DNA of 64,000 nt from Trueperaceae bacterium (lineage in GTDB: Bacteria; Deinococcota; Deinococci; Deinococcales; Trueperaceae): NCBI GenBank assembly GCA_965213925.1, contig OZ243927.1:1248001-1312000 (forward strand), given 5' to 3'. Positions 46,292 to 57,617 of the stretch are shown here, piece after piece; within the stretch, counting starts at the first letter, position 1; the number at the start of each line of letters is the position of its first letter. A program made the translations under genes and the position numbers. The notes below the pieces were generated by a model. The model did not search any database. It saw only the letters and a program-made list of their open reading frames with translations, and had not been told where the DNA came from.

Positions 46292-49200
46292 ATGGCACGC
46301 ACCTACTACTTTCAACTAAAAGAAGACGACAGCTTAGAAATTCCAGTTTCGAGAGAGGCGCGGGAGCGCTACGGCTTTTCCGAAGACCTCTTCTCTGAGC
46401 ACGGCAACCTCATGCTCGCGGACTTTTCGGCCGCTCAGCGCGTGGCGCAGAGGATCAATGAAGTGCGCGATACGAAGCGCTACCCGCATTCAGCGGTCTC
46501 GGCGGGCGAACTCTACGCCGCCGGGCTCGTCCAGGAACTCTTGCGGCTCCTCGTCTCGCTCTACTTGCAAGAGACGGACGGCACTGTGGTCGAGCGGGCG
46601 TATGCTCACCTCGAGACGTCCCTAGGCGACGAGTTGGAGGGCACCTTAGAGCGCTACGCCCAAGACTTCCCCGCTAAGGTCGTCTATACGAATAAAAGGA
46701 CCATTAAGGAGTACCTCGCGGGTAGTTCCAAGAGCATCCCGCACCGCCAAATCGTCTTCGAAGGACTTTTGCTCCTGCGCATGGCGAACGAGAACCCGGC
46801 GATGGAGCGCTTCGTCGAACTTTTCGACGATGAAGGTCTGGAGCAGCACACCGTCTATAACGAGATCATCACGCAGTTGGAAACCTTCTTCGAAGATGAG
46901 CCCGGTTTCGGCGGCAAAAAGCTTTTAGACGTGCTGCGCGGACCCCTTCGTTCGCACCCGACCTCTTTGGACGCTCAGTTGGAGTATCTGCGCTCACAGT
47001 GGCCTGCGCTGAGCGAGGGACGTTTTTCTGGCTTGATGCGCCGCTTGATGCAGACTTTGGGCACCATCCAAGAGGAGCGCCGCGAGCGCTTCGGCGGCGG
47101 ACCCGGTCCGGCGCACGTCATCGACCCGAGAGCGGAATACGGCGTGACGGGCGCGTTCGAGCAGGTCGAGTACGAGCGCTTCTCGCCCGATTCGTCCTGG
47201 ATGCCCCGCGTCGTGATGCTCGCCAAAAGCACCTTTGTGTGGCTGGGGCAACTCTCGAGGTTCTACGGGCGCGACATCTCCCGCTTAGACCAAGTGCCCG
47301 ACGAAGAGTTGGACGAACTCGCTCGGCGCGGCTTCACAAGCTTGTGGCTCATCGGCTTGTGGGAGCGCAGCGCAGCCTCTAAAAAGATTAAAAACATGCG
47401 CGGCAACCCGGACGCGGTGGCGTCAGCCTACTCCCTGTACGACTACCAGATCGCCAACGATTTAGGCGGGCAAGAGGCGTACGACAACCTCAAGTGGCGC
47501 GCCTGGGAGCGCGGCATCCGCATGGCGTCGGACATGGTCCCCAACCACGTCGGCATCGACGGTCGCTGGGTCGTGGAGCACCCGGACTGGTTCTTGCAAC
47601 TGGGACACTCGCCCTACCCGAGCTACACCTTTAACGGACCTGACTTGTCCAACGACGACCGCGTCGGCATCTTCTTAGAGGACCACTACTACGACAACTC
47701 AGACGCCGCCGTCGTCTTTAAGCGCGTGGACTACCACACGAATAACGAGCGCTACATCTATCACGGCAACGACGGCACCTCGATGCCCTGGAACGACACG
47801 GCGCAGCTCAACTACTTAAACGCCGAGGCGCGCGAAGCCATCATCCAGACCATCCTGCACGTCGCGAGGCTCTCGCCCATCATCCGCTTCGACGCGGCGA
47901 TGACGCTCGCCAAGCGCCACATCCAGAGGCTCTGGTTCCCGGAGCCGGGCTCGGGCGGCGCGATTGCCTCGAGAGCGCAGTACGGCACGATGACGACAGA
48001 TGATTTCAACGCCGCCATCCCCGAAGAGTTCTGGCGCGAAGTCGTGGACCGCGTCGCCGAAGAGGTCCCCGACACGCTCCTCTTAGCCGAAGCCTTCTGG
48101 ATGATGGAAGGCTACTTCGTCCGCACGCTCGGGATGCACAGGGTCTACAACAGCGCTTTCATGCATATGTTCAAAGACGAGGACAACGCCAAGTACCGCA
48201 AATCGATCAAAAACGTTCTGGAGTTCGAGCCCAACATCCTAAAGCGCTACGTCAACTTCATGAGCAACCCCGACGAAGAGACCGCCATCGCGCAGTTCGG
48301 CTCCGACGACAAGTACTTCGGCGTCTGCACGGTGATGGTGACGATGCCGGGTCTGCCGATGTTCGGGCACGGTCAGGTCGAAGGGTTCGAAGAGAAGTAC
48401 GGCATGGAGTTCAAGAGCGCCAAGCGCGAAGAGAACCCTAACGGCTGGCTGATTGAGCGCCACTACCGCGAAGTGTTCCCGCTGATGCACCGCCGCGAGC
48501 AGTTCGCGGAGGTGGAGAACTTCCTCCTTTATGACGTGCATACTGAGAACGGCGTCAACGAGGACGTGTACGCCTACTCGAACCGCGTGGGCGACAGAGC
48601 CTCGCTCGTGGTATTCAACAACAAGTTTTCGCAAGCCAAAGGCTGGATCAAAGACGCCGCGCCGCACGCCACCAAAGAGGGCGGGATGCAGCCCTCGCGT
48701 GACCTCAAAGCTGGGCTCGGTCTCCGGGCGCACAATGACGACTTCACGATTTTCCGCGACCAGGTATCGAACTTGGAGTTCATCCGCCGCTCGGCGGGCC
48801 TTGCGAACGGCTTTTACTTGGAGCTGGAGGCGTTCAAATATCAAGTCTTTTTAGACTTCCGCGAGGTGGAAGACTATGACGGCAACTACGCCCGTATTCA
48901 CGACCAACTCGGCGGACGCGGCGTCGCTAGCATCGAAGAAGAGATTGCGTCCTTACGCCTGCAACCGCTCCACGAAGCCTTCCGCGAGGTCTTGAGTAAA
49001 GAGGTCATCCTCGGCTTGCGCGGCGTAGACCCCAAAGCGCAGAGCGAACTGCAAGCGGCGCTGCCGGAGCGCTATGCGCGGTTCATGGAGAAGACGAGGG
49101 ACTTCACCCCTGAAGACGGTGTAAAAGGGGAGACCGAACCGCTCTTAAACCGCTTCACCGTCGAACTCAGCCACCTGCTCCCGCTACCCTCGTTAGAGAC

Positions 49201-50032
49201 GCTTGCGCCCAAGTTCAAAAAGGGCGGAGAGGTCGAGCAAACCCTCTCCGATAACCTCACCCCAGAGATGAGCGGCAGCCTCTACGCCTGGCTTAGCGTG
49301 CACGGGCTCGGCCACTTTGCAGGCGACGGTTCGAACGAGGCGAGCTTAACGGCGCTGCGGCGCTGGCGCTTGGATAGGGTGCTCGAGGGTGTCTTTAGCG
49401 ACTTGGGCTTACACGCCGAGCGCGTGTTACACATGGTCAAACTCCTGGTGCGCTACAAAAACTGGTACGAGTTAGAGGACGAGGATAAGAAACCCGCCGA
49501 GAAACTCCTGGAACTCCTCCTAGACGACGAGGAGGCTTACGCCTTCTTAGGTGTCAACGAGCACGAAGGGGTGCGCTACTACAATAGGGAGTCCTACCGC
49601 GAACTCACCGCGCGCCTCGCCTGCGTCTCGATTCTCAATTTAAGCGTTTTGAAAGCAAAAGAGGTTGACGCGGGGCTGAAAAAGATTCACCAGGGACTTA
49701 AAGACTTCGCGGTGGCGGAAGCGCGCTCGGAGTACCAGGTGGATAAGCTTTTAGAGGTTAAACCAACGTCTAAAACGACGAAGAAAACAGCGAAGACCTC
49801 TAAGAAGTCAACGACGAAGAAGGCGGCTGCGAAAAAGCCTGCCGCAAAAAAGTTCACTAAAAAAGCCGATGCTGAAAAAGCGGATACTAAAACCGCGACG
49901 AAGAAAATAGCGACTAAGAAGACGGCTGCGAAGAAAACCAGCGCGAAGGCTAAGAAAGAGGAGGGGGGCTCGAGTAAGACTAAATCTGCCTCAACAGACA
50001 AAGAGAAATCCGCCAGCTCTTCGTCGGATTAA
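46292..50032 (+). CDS. Large alpha-amylase (GH13-like) family protein with a Lys/Ala/Thr-rich tail
   Basis: DMVPNH, WNDTAQLNY, IRFDAAM, LLAEAFW, FMSNPDE, TMPGLPMF. Confidence 0.85.
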   Translation: MARTYYFQLKEDDSLEIPVSREARERYGFSEDLFSEHGNLMLADFSAAQRVAQRINEVRDTKRYPHSAVSAGELYAAGLVQELLRLLVSLYLQETDGTVVERAYAHLETSLGDELEGTLERYAQDFPAKVVYTNKRTIKEYLAGSSKSIPHRQIVFEGLLLLRMANENPAMERFVELFDDEGLEQHTVYNEIITQLETFFEDEPGFGGKKLLDVLRGPLRSHPTSLDAQLEYLRSQWPALSEGRFSGLMRRLMQTLGTIQEERRERFGGGPGPAHVIDPRAEYGVTGAFEQVEYERFSPDSSWMPRVVMLAKSTFVWLGQLSRFYGRDISRLDQVPDEELDELARRGFTSLWLIGLWERSAASKKIKNMRGNPDAVASAYSLYDYQIANDLGGQEAYDNLKWRAWERGIRMASDMVPNHVGIDGRWVVEHPDWFLQLGHSPYPSYTFNGPDLSNDDRVGIFLEDHYYDNSDAAVVFKRVDYHTNNERYIYHGNDGTSMPWNDTAQLNYLNAEAREAIIQTILHVARLSPIIRFDAAMTLAKRHIQRLWFPEPGSGGAIASRAQYGTMTTDDFNAAIPEEFWREVVDRVAEEVPDTLLLAEAFWMMEGYFVRTLGMHRVYNSAFMHMFKDEDNAKYRKSIKNVLEFEPNILKRYVNFMSNPDEETAIAQFGSDDKYFGVCTVMVTMPGLPMFGHGQVEGFEEKYGMEFKSAKREENPNGWLIERHYREVFPLMHRREQFAEVENFLLYDVHTENGVNEDVYAYSNRVGDRASLVVFNNKFSQAKGWIKDAAPHATKEGGMQPSRDLKAGLGLRAHNDDFTIFRDQVSNLEFIRRSAGLANGFYLELEAFKYQVFLDFREVEDYDGNYARIHDQLGGRGVASIEEEIASLRLQPLHEAFREVLSKEVILGLRGVDPKAQSELQAALPERYARFMEKTRDFTPEDGVKGETEPLLNRFTVELSHLLPLPSLETLAPKFKKGGEVEQTLSDNLTPEMSGSLYAWLSVHGLGHFAGDGSNEASLTALRRWRLDRVLEGVFSDLGLHAERVLHMVKLLVRYKNWYELEDEDKKPAEKLLELLLDDEEAYAFLGVNEHEGVRYYNRESYRELTARLACVSILNLSVLKAKEVDAGLKKIHQGLKDFAVAEARSEYQVDKLLEVKPTSKTTKKTAKTSKKSTTKKAAAKKPAAKKFTKKADAEKADTKTATKKIATKKTAAKKTSAKAKKEEGGSSKTKSASTDKEKSASSSSD

Positions 50033-50556
50033 CCCAACGATTGCAGTTGCCGAGCGCTCAGATGCGTCAGCGCGAGCGCGAGCGCGTCGGCAACGTGGTG
50101 ACTCTCCGGGGTCTGGGTGAGCTTTAACATGGCGCGAACCATGTAGCTCACCTGGGCTTTGCTCGCTCGTCCTGTGCCGACTAACGCTTGCTTGACCTGC
50201 ATTGGTCCATACTCCACCGTCTCGACGCCCTGTTGCTGCGCGGCCAACAAACACACACCTAACGCCTGCCCCACCTTAAACGCCACATCGCGCTGACGGT
50301 GAAAATACTGCCCTTCGATGGCGAGCACGTCGGGGCGGTGCGCCTTTAAGAAGTCGGTCATTTCAGAATAAATCGTCGCTAACCTCTCCGCTTGATCCGT
50401 GCGGCTGTTCGTTCGCACCAGCGTACTACCCAAATGCGTGACCTCTTTGCCCGTTTCGCGAACCGCGCCCAAGCCTAAGTTGGCGAGTCCGGGGTCTAGT
50501 CCGACGACGATGAGTGCGTCTTGGCGTTTGGGGTTGGCTTTCACTCTGTTTAGCAT
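50029..50556 (-). CDS. ruvC: Holliday junction resolvase
   Basis: VGLDPGLANLG, LAIE, VKQALVGTGRASKAQV, HVADALALALTH. Confidence 0.92.
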   Translation of the reverse strand: MLNRVKANPKRQDALIVVGLDPGLANLGLGAVRETGKEVTHLGSTLVRTNSRTDQAERLATIYSEMTDFLKAHRPDVLAIEGQYFHRQRDVAFKVGQALGVCLLAAQQQGVETVEYGPMQVKQALVGTGRASKAQVSYMVRAMLKLTQTPESHHVADALALALTHLSARQLQSLG

Positions 50557-50592
50557 GACATATTTGCTGTGGGGAGCGGAAATTGGGGCGTG

Positions 50593-50919
50593 GATGAGGC
50601 TCGAGCTGCTCACCAAGCTGACCCCAGCGACCTTCGGCGTGCGGCTCGCCTTAGAAACCCAGCTACCTGAAGAGGCGCAGGTACAAGACGCGACGCCAGC
50701 GATGCTCGGGCACCTCTTACGCGGTGAGAACGACGATACGCGGGCATACGGAGGCAACTGGGTTGCCGAAGCCCGAACGCTCGCCCTCAAAGTTCCTTCT
50801 GCTGTTCTACCCGTACCGTTCAACTACCTGATTAACCCGCGTCATCCGCAGGCGAAGCGACTTGAATTTTGCGGCAAGTCGAGGTGAGTCTGGACCCGAG
50901 GCTGGTGAGGTCATCATAG
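50593..50919 (+). pseudogene. RES-domain protein fragment
   Basis: GGNWVAEARTLALKVPSAVLP..NYLINPRHP is the RES C-terminal half; N-terminal half absent. Confidence 0.65.
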
Positions 50920-50949
50920 GCAGAGTAGCGGTGCGGGTATGCTCAAGTC

Positions 50950-51363
50950 ATGAAAAAGATAAAACAGTGTGCCTCCGTTATCCTTACGGATGAGCGAGGA
51001 CAAGTTTTATTCGTTCATCAGGAGCAGGGGACCTACGGTTTTCCTGGCGGCGTGGTGGACGTAGGAGAAACGCCGCCTATCGCCGCCGTTCGCGAGGCGA
51101 AAGAGGAAGCGAACGTCGAGGTAGGGCTCGAGCACATCATCGGCACCTACTTTTTACGAGGCGGCGGTCTGCCCAATATTTTTGCAACGGTTTATAAGGG
51201 GTGTATTCGCTCAGGAACGCCCGAACCGGATGGGCGAGAGATTATCCGTTTAGAGTGGCGTGACCCGCATGAGCCGCCGACGCCCCTGCTGTCCGACGCT
51301 AAAGCCGCCCTACCTGACTTTCTAGCAGGGCGAAGCAGTGTGGTGAGGGACTACTGGCGATAA
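50950..51363 (+). CDS. NUDIX hydrolase
   Basis: PGGVVDVGETPPIAAVREAKEEAN Nudix box. Confidence 0.9.
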   Translation: MKKIKQCASVILTDERGQVLFVHQEQGTYGFPGGVVDVGETPPIAAVREAKEEANVEVGLEHIIGTYFLRGGGLPNIFATVYKGCIRSGTPEPDGREIIRLEWRDPHEPPTPLLSDAKAALPDFLAGRSSVVRDYWR

Positions 51364-51447
51364 GGCTTTGAGATTCTGTGTGTGCTCAGCCTACGAGAGA
51401 TATAGAAAGGTGAAAGAGGATGCCGAAAGCACCCTCTGCGTATTTGG

Positions 51448-54400
51448 CTAAGCGGTGACGGTGTCGGCTTTTTTCAAACTAATTGCAACGGGTGTTCCTT
51501 CAACCTCTTCTCGCTCACTGTGAAGGGCCTCCTCCACGGGTGAAAACTCCAAGCTCTCCGCCAAAACCTCATTCTGGACGGTCTCTCGGTGCGTCTCCAA
51601 AGCCGCTTGCACGTCGCCAGAGGTCCCCAACCCCAGCACAATCTTGTCCGAGACCTCGAGCCCTGCGTTCTTCCGCGCATTTTGTACGAGCCGAATTACG
51701 TCGCGCATGAGGCCCTCTTGTTCCAGCTCGGGTGTGAGCTGTGTGTTCAAGGCAGCTAAGTAACCTCTCTCTTCCAACGCCGCATATCCTTCTGGGCTCA
51801 CCGCGTCGATTAAGAAGGCTTCGGGCTCGAAGGTGTGTTCTTCGCCGCCTAGCTCGAGCGCGGTTTCTCTCCCCTCGCGGATGTTACGGGCAATCTCTTT
51901 ACCATTTACCTCCGCGAGCTTACGCTTCATCTCCGGCACGAGTTTGCCTAAGCGTTTGCCGACGAGGGGTAAGTTGGGCTTGACGGTGTAATCCACAAAG
52001 TCCGCCGTAACATCTAAGTAGGTCGCTCTTTTGACGTTGAGTTCTTCTAGGAGTTGGGGCTCGAGCCGCTTCAACCCCTGCAACTCCTCGCTGCTCCGCA
52101 CCCGCACCAAGACTTCTGGAAGCGGTTGGCGCGTCTTCATCCCCGACGCTGCTCGCGCCCCGCGCCCAAGCTCCACGACGCGGATGAGCGCGTTCATGTC
52201 GCGTAAGAGGTCGGTGTCGATGAGAGAGGTGTCGAAGGTGGGCCACTCGGAGAGGTGAATAGACTCGGGTTCATCCGGGAAGACCGAGAGGACTAAGTTT
52301 TGGTACAGATGTTCACTGGTAAAAGGAGCCATCGGAGCCATCAGCTTCGCTACCGTGACGAGGGCTTCGTGCAGCGTTTTATAAGCGGCGAGCTTATCCG
52401 TGTCGCTCTCACTCTTCCAGAAGCGGCGGCGGTTGCGGCGCACGTACCAGTTGGAGAGGTCGTCTACCAAAAAATCGCGGATGGCGCGGCTCGAGCTAGT
52501 CGGGTCGTAGTTTTCCAGGTTCTCCGTGACCTCTTGAACTAGCGCGCTGACCTTCGCGACGAGCCAGCGGTCGATCTCCGCCCTTTCGCTGACGGGGACC
52601 TCTTGCGTCAAGTCGGGTTTATCTAGGTTCGCGTACAAAACGAAGAAGCTGTACGTGTTCCACAAGGTCATGAAGAAGTCGCGCAGGGTTTCGTCCACCA
52701 AGTTCTGCGAGAACCGCTTCTGATTGCCTGGCGGGGAGGAGGCGTAGAGGTACCACCTCAGCGCGTCGGCTCCCTGGTCTTCCAAAACTTTCCAGGGGTC
52801 GACGGCGTTGCCCCGCGACTTGGACATCTTGTTGCCCTTTTCGTCGGTGATGTGACCTAAAACGATGCAGTTTTTGAACGCGGAGGTGTCTTGCTCGATA
52901 TGCGCAAGCGCACCGGGCCCCCTCTCCCCGCCACCCGAATCCGTCAAGAGGGTCGCGATAGCGTGGAGGCTGTAGAACCATCCTCTCGTCTGGTCGACCG
53001 CTTCGCAGATATAATCCGCTGGGAAGTTCGGCGCTAACTTCGCCTCATTTTCATAAGGGTAATGCCACTGCGCGTAGGGCATCGCGCCGGACTCGAACCA
53101 GACGTCCACGGTGTAGGGGAGACGCCGAAAGGTTTTGCCGTTCTTTTCGAAGGTGATGTCGTCGACGTAGGGGCGGTGAAGCTCTAAGTCCGAAAAATCT
53201 TGCCCAGTCAGCGTTGACAGCTCCTTCACGCTCCCCACGCAGTGCTGCTCCTGTCCGTCTTCCGAGACCCAGATCGGCAGCGGTGCGCCCCAATATCTCT
53301 CTCTGGACAACGCCCAATCGACGTTGTTCTCCAACCACCGCCCGAAGCGTCCTCCTTTAACGTGTTCAGGGTACCAGTTGATGTTCTGGTTGTTCGCCAA
53401 GAGCTTGTCCTTAACGGCGGTCGTGCGCACGTACCAGGAGCTTTTGGCGTAGAACAGCAGCGCGGTGTCGCAGCGCCAGCAGAAGGGGTAGGTGTGCTTG
53501 AGGCGTCCGGCGCGGTACATGAGCCCGTTTTCTAACAAATCCTTGGCGATGTGCTTATCCGCTTTCTTGAAGAACTGCCCGGTGTAGGGTCCGTCGCCGT
53601 CGGAACCTGCAAGTTTGACCTCTGGATACATCTCGCCCGAGAGGTCGACGGAGAAGAGCGTCGGCAAGCCGTAGGTCTTACCGAGTTCCAAATCCCCATA
53701 GGCAGGCGCTAAGTGAACGACGCCCGTACCGTCGTCTAAGCTGACCATCTCGTCGGCGATGACGCGGAAGCCTTTGGAGGTGTCCTCACCTGCAGGAACG
53801 CGCCCCTCTAAAACGGGATCGTACGTGAGACCAACCAGCGCGTCGCCCGAGAAGGTCTTGAGGAGCACCGCGTGTTCGCCGAAGACGTGTTCTTCTAACT
53901 CCGTCGCGATGATGTAGAGGTCGCGCTCGTAACTGACCTCTTTACTATCTTGCGTGCGCGGCGCGTCGTAAAGCCCGTACTGCGCATCGGCTTTCACCGC
54001 TAACCCTGTATTTGCCGCGAGCGTCCAAGGGCGTTGTGGTCCAAGCGAGGACGTAGACATCGCGCGTGTCATCCTCTAAGATGCCCAGCTCCAAGAGCCT
54101 ATCCTTGTGCGCCGGGAATTTAGGGTAGACCGAGGGGTCGTCCACGTCGTCCTTGTAGCCCTGCGACACTTCGTGGTCCGCCAGTGAGGTGTTACAGCGC
54201 GGGCAGTGCATGGTGACTTTGTAATCTTCAAAGAGCAACCCACGCTTCCACAGCGACTTCATCACCCACCAGCACGACTCGATGTAGGAATTTTCATAGG
54301 TCACATAGGGGTCCTGTAAATCCAACCAGAAGCCGATGCGTTCGGTCATGGCGTTCCACTCTTGAATATATTCGAACGCCGACTCCTTGGCGAGTTTATT

Positions 54401-54745
54401 AAACTCCGCGATGCCGAAGTTCTCGATGTCTTTTTTGCCGCTAAAGCCGAGTTTTTTCTCGATCTCTAACTCGACAGGTAAACCGTGCGTGTCCCAGCCG
54501 CCTTTACGCCCGACCCTGTAGCCTTGCATCGTCTTGAAGCGGGGGAAGAGGTCTTTGAAAGCTCTCGAGATCACGTGGTGCACGCCCGGCCTGCCGTTCG
54601 CGGTGGGTGGACCTTCGTAAAAGATATAGTCGCCTTTGTCAGAAGGCCTGTCCACCGACTTGCGGAAGACACCCTGCTCGCGCCAGAAGCCTGCGACCTC
54701 TTGCTCGAGCTTAGGAAAATTTGCACTGCCAACGTTTTTGAACAT
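51448..54745 (-). CDS. ileS: Isoleucine-tRNA ligase (one apparent frameshift near 54030)
   Basis: YEGPPTANGRPGVHH, GWDTHGLPVE, WTTTP|WTL split across frames, DWALSRERYWG, KMSKS. Confidence 0.95.
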
Positions 54746-54760
54746 CCGTGTACCTCTCAA

Positions 54761-54836
54761 GCAGGTATCATCTGGTCATCGACGCCCTAAATAGATAAAG
54801 CGTTGTTGAGCACGTACGAAAAAGGATGATACCTGC
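54761..54836 (+). repeat. 76-bp element, copy 4 (between the T-box terminator and the ileS RBS)
   Basis: GCAGGTATCATC...GATGATACCTGC, perfect 12-bp inverted ends. Confidence 0.85.
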
Positions 54837-54889
54837 GGAAAATCTCTCCCGACGTGCTATTGGAAGGCTGAAACTCAGTGTTTTAGGGG

Positions 54890-55233
54890 ACAAAAAACAA
54901 CGTCCCACGCCGCTAAAAGCATTGGGACGCTCTGGTTCAAAGAAAACATAGGGAGCGTGGTACCACCCAACTTCGTCAAGACCTCGCAGCCCTGACCTCT
55001 TCGACTTCTCGCAGGTGCGGGCGAAAAGCCTTCCGCTGTGACGTGCGGAGCACGGCGTTACTTACTCGGTAGCTATTAGCGGTTAGCTTTTAGCTAAGAC
55101 CTAATCGCTAACGGCTGCCTTTAGGTACGCAGCTCGAGGAGGATATTCGCTGACGCTTCTCTACCGGGCTTCCACCCTCCCCGGCTCGCTGTAGAGTTTG
55201 ACGACTAGCTACTCGTTCCCGTCATCGCTTTTT
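54890..55233 (-). promoter_or_regulatory. T-box riboswitch (Ile)
   Basis: Stem I AAAGCGATGA..GAGTAG..AGCGAG..GAAT-ATC (Ile specifier at 55142-55144); T-box AAGTTGGGTGGTACCACG; terminator CGTCCCA..TGGGACG plus U-run. Confidence 0.92.
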
Positions 55234-55861
55234 TAGGCTCCACTCCATACATAAAGGTGTCTTTAGAAACAAATGTGTTGCCAGAACGCTTTACATAGGC
55301 GTGAAGACCTGCATATACTAGAGCGTAGCAGCCTCTTCATACGGCGTCAATACGCTGCGCTGCATACCCGCTGACAACTCCAGACAACTTGGTAAATTCG
55401 TCCACAACGTGTTAGGGTGAAACATCCGAGTTAGAGGCTTGCATGGGCGCGGCTTACGCACCCGTATGGCAGCAGTTTTTACTTTCAGTTCATTTAACTA
55501 GGGCCAATCAGGTCGCAACTTCTCTCTACCTAAGAGCGTTTGAGACATAGTATGTGTAGCCGTAAACGAAAAGATGGTCGGTCAAATCCTCTTATGATGC
55601 ATAATGTAACCTATTTAACGCCTTTATTCCTCTCTTTTTTAGATGCCGAACGTGACAAGTTGTTCGGACTACCAACCCCCTCTCAGCTAACTTCCAGGAG
55701 CCAAGTATGAATTTTTTAGGTGTGTTCTCTACGCCTTCGGTCGCAACCTTTTTCACAACCGTCGCCGTATCCGACCCTTCAGGAGTGACCGGCGCAGTTT
55801 TAGACCAACTAACCCGACATAACCTAAGTCGCGGCGTGGACGCTGCGCGAGCGGAGAGCGT

Positions 55862-57505
55862 ATGACTAAGGCGCAAGAAGCGGACACGGTGGACGAAGTT
55901 ATAGAGCAAGGGGGCGAGCAGGAGGGAGCCGAGAAACCTAAGCGGCGCGGACGTCCTAAGGGAAGTGGGCGCAAAAAGAAAACTGAAGACGTAGCAGGGA
56001 CGAACGGCGTCGCTGAGGCGCAAGCAGAAGACGCCCCAGACGTTGAAGAAAAAGCGCCGCCCAAAAAGCGCGGACGTCCTAAAAAGCAAGCGCCGAAAGC
56101 CGAACCTGAAGAGAGTGGCGACGAGGAGGCGGGTCAAGCGGCGTCGGGTGACGACGCAGACTCAGGCGACGACGCCGAGGATACGAAAAAAGAGCGCGGG
56201 TCCTCCCGGCGCGGGCGTGGGCGCAGTCAGCGCTCGAGACGCCAAAGCCTCAACTACCGCGACTTACAGTCTAAAATTTTGCCAGAACTGCACCTTCTGG
56301 CGAAAGAGGTCGGGCTTTCAGACTACCGCCAGATGGACAAAGACGACCTCTCGGTGGCGATTTTGGAGCGCTCTGCGGAAGGCGAAGGGCTCAAGCTCGT
56401 CCGAGGATACTTGGAAATCTCCTCGGACGGGTACGGCTTCTTACAGGAATCCTTGTTGCAAAACAACACCCGCTCGGTCATCGTCTCCGCCGGGCTCATC
56501 AAGCAGTTCAAGCTCCGCACGGGCGACATGATCTTAGGCAAGTCGCGCAAGCCGCGCGACAACGAGCGCTACGGCACCCTCATCCGGGTCGAAGCGGTCA
56601 ACGGGGTGGACCCCTTTCAGGCGGCGAAACGCCCCCGCTTCGACGACCTCGTGCCGACCTTCCCCGAGGAGCGCATTCAGCTCGAGACCACCCAAAACGA
56701 GGTCGCCGCGCGCGTCATCGACCTCTTAGCCCCCATCGGGCGCGGTCAGCGCGGTCTTATCGTCGCGCCGCCTAAAGCGGGTAAAACGACGCTCCTTAAA
56801 AAAGATTGCCAACTCCGTGGTCACCAACGAGCCCGACATCACCGTGATCGTCCTCTTAGTAGACGAGCGCCCCGAAGAGGTCACGGACTTCCGCGAGTCG
56901 GTCTCGGGCGTCGAAGTGATCGCCAGTACCTTCGACGAGCCGCCGACGAATCACATCCGCGTGGCGGAATTTGTGCACGAACGCTCTCGCCGCATCGTCG
57001 AAGAGGGCGGGCACGTGATGATCCTTTGCTCGATTCGATTACCAGCGCTTGGCGCGGGCGAACAACCTCGTCACGCCGCCCACAGGTCGCACGCTCTCGG
57101 GCGGTTTGGACTCCTCGGCGCTGCACTGGCCTAAGCGCTTTTTAGGCGCAGCGCGCAACATTCGCGGCGGCGGCTCCTTGTCCATCATGGCGACGGCGTT
57201 GGTCGAGACGGGCTCGCGCATGGACGACGTCATCTTCGAGGAGTTCAAGGGCACGGGCAATATGGAGCTTCACCTCTCGCGCCGCTTGGAAGAGCGCCGC
57301 ATCTTCCCCGCCATCGACATCTTGAAGTCGAGCACGCGCCGCGAGGACCTCTTGCTCCTGGGCGAAGAGGTGCTTAGCGAAGATGTGGCTCTTGCGCAAA
57401 GTTATCAGCGACATGGACCCCGCTGAAGCGATGGATATGCTGCTTTCGCGCTTAGGCCGCACGAAGAGCAATGCGGACTTTTTGTCAACCTTGGGTCAGG
57501 GGTAG
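55862..57505 (+). CDS. rho: Transcription termination factor Rho with N-terminal extension (several apparent frameshifts)
   Basis: [55 protein letters not shown] spread over frames; breaks near 56800, 57025-57045 and 57380. Confidence 0.92.
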
Positions 57506-57617
57506 TGCTAGCGTTGAGGTGATTGTAGTTTAGTCTCGCCGTCAGGGACCGAACTGCAAAATCACCTCTGGGGCTAGCGTTCTGAACACCACCGTCAAGC
57601 AGAAGAAGAGGAGCGAC

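Noticed and set aside
54020..54040. Frameshift in ileS (WTTTP|WTL) as programmed recoding or pseudogenisation
   Set aside because: One extra base in a CCCTT run of an essential gene with an intact T-box; most simply a sequencing indel.
55070..55120. Short TTAGC/GCTAA heptamer-like hairpin in the T-box leader (similar words near 1600 and 58690)
   Set aside because: Too short and degenerate to define a family from this window.
55260..55860. Possible ncRNA in the long ileS-rho intergenic region
   Set aside because: No recognisable RNA family; pyrimidine-rich tracts fit an ordinary Rho autoregulatory leader.
56790..57390. Split rho ORFs
   Set aside because: Several clustered small insertions (A-run near 56800, 57025-57045, near 57380) with all motifs otherwise intact; typical of low-quality consensus.
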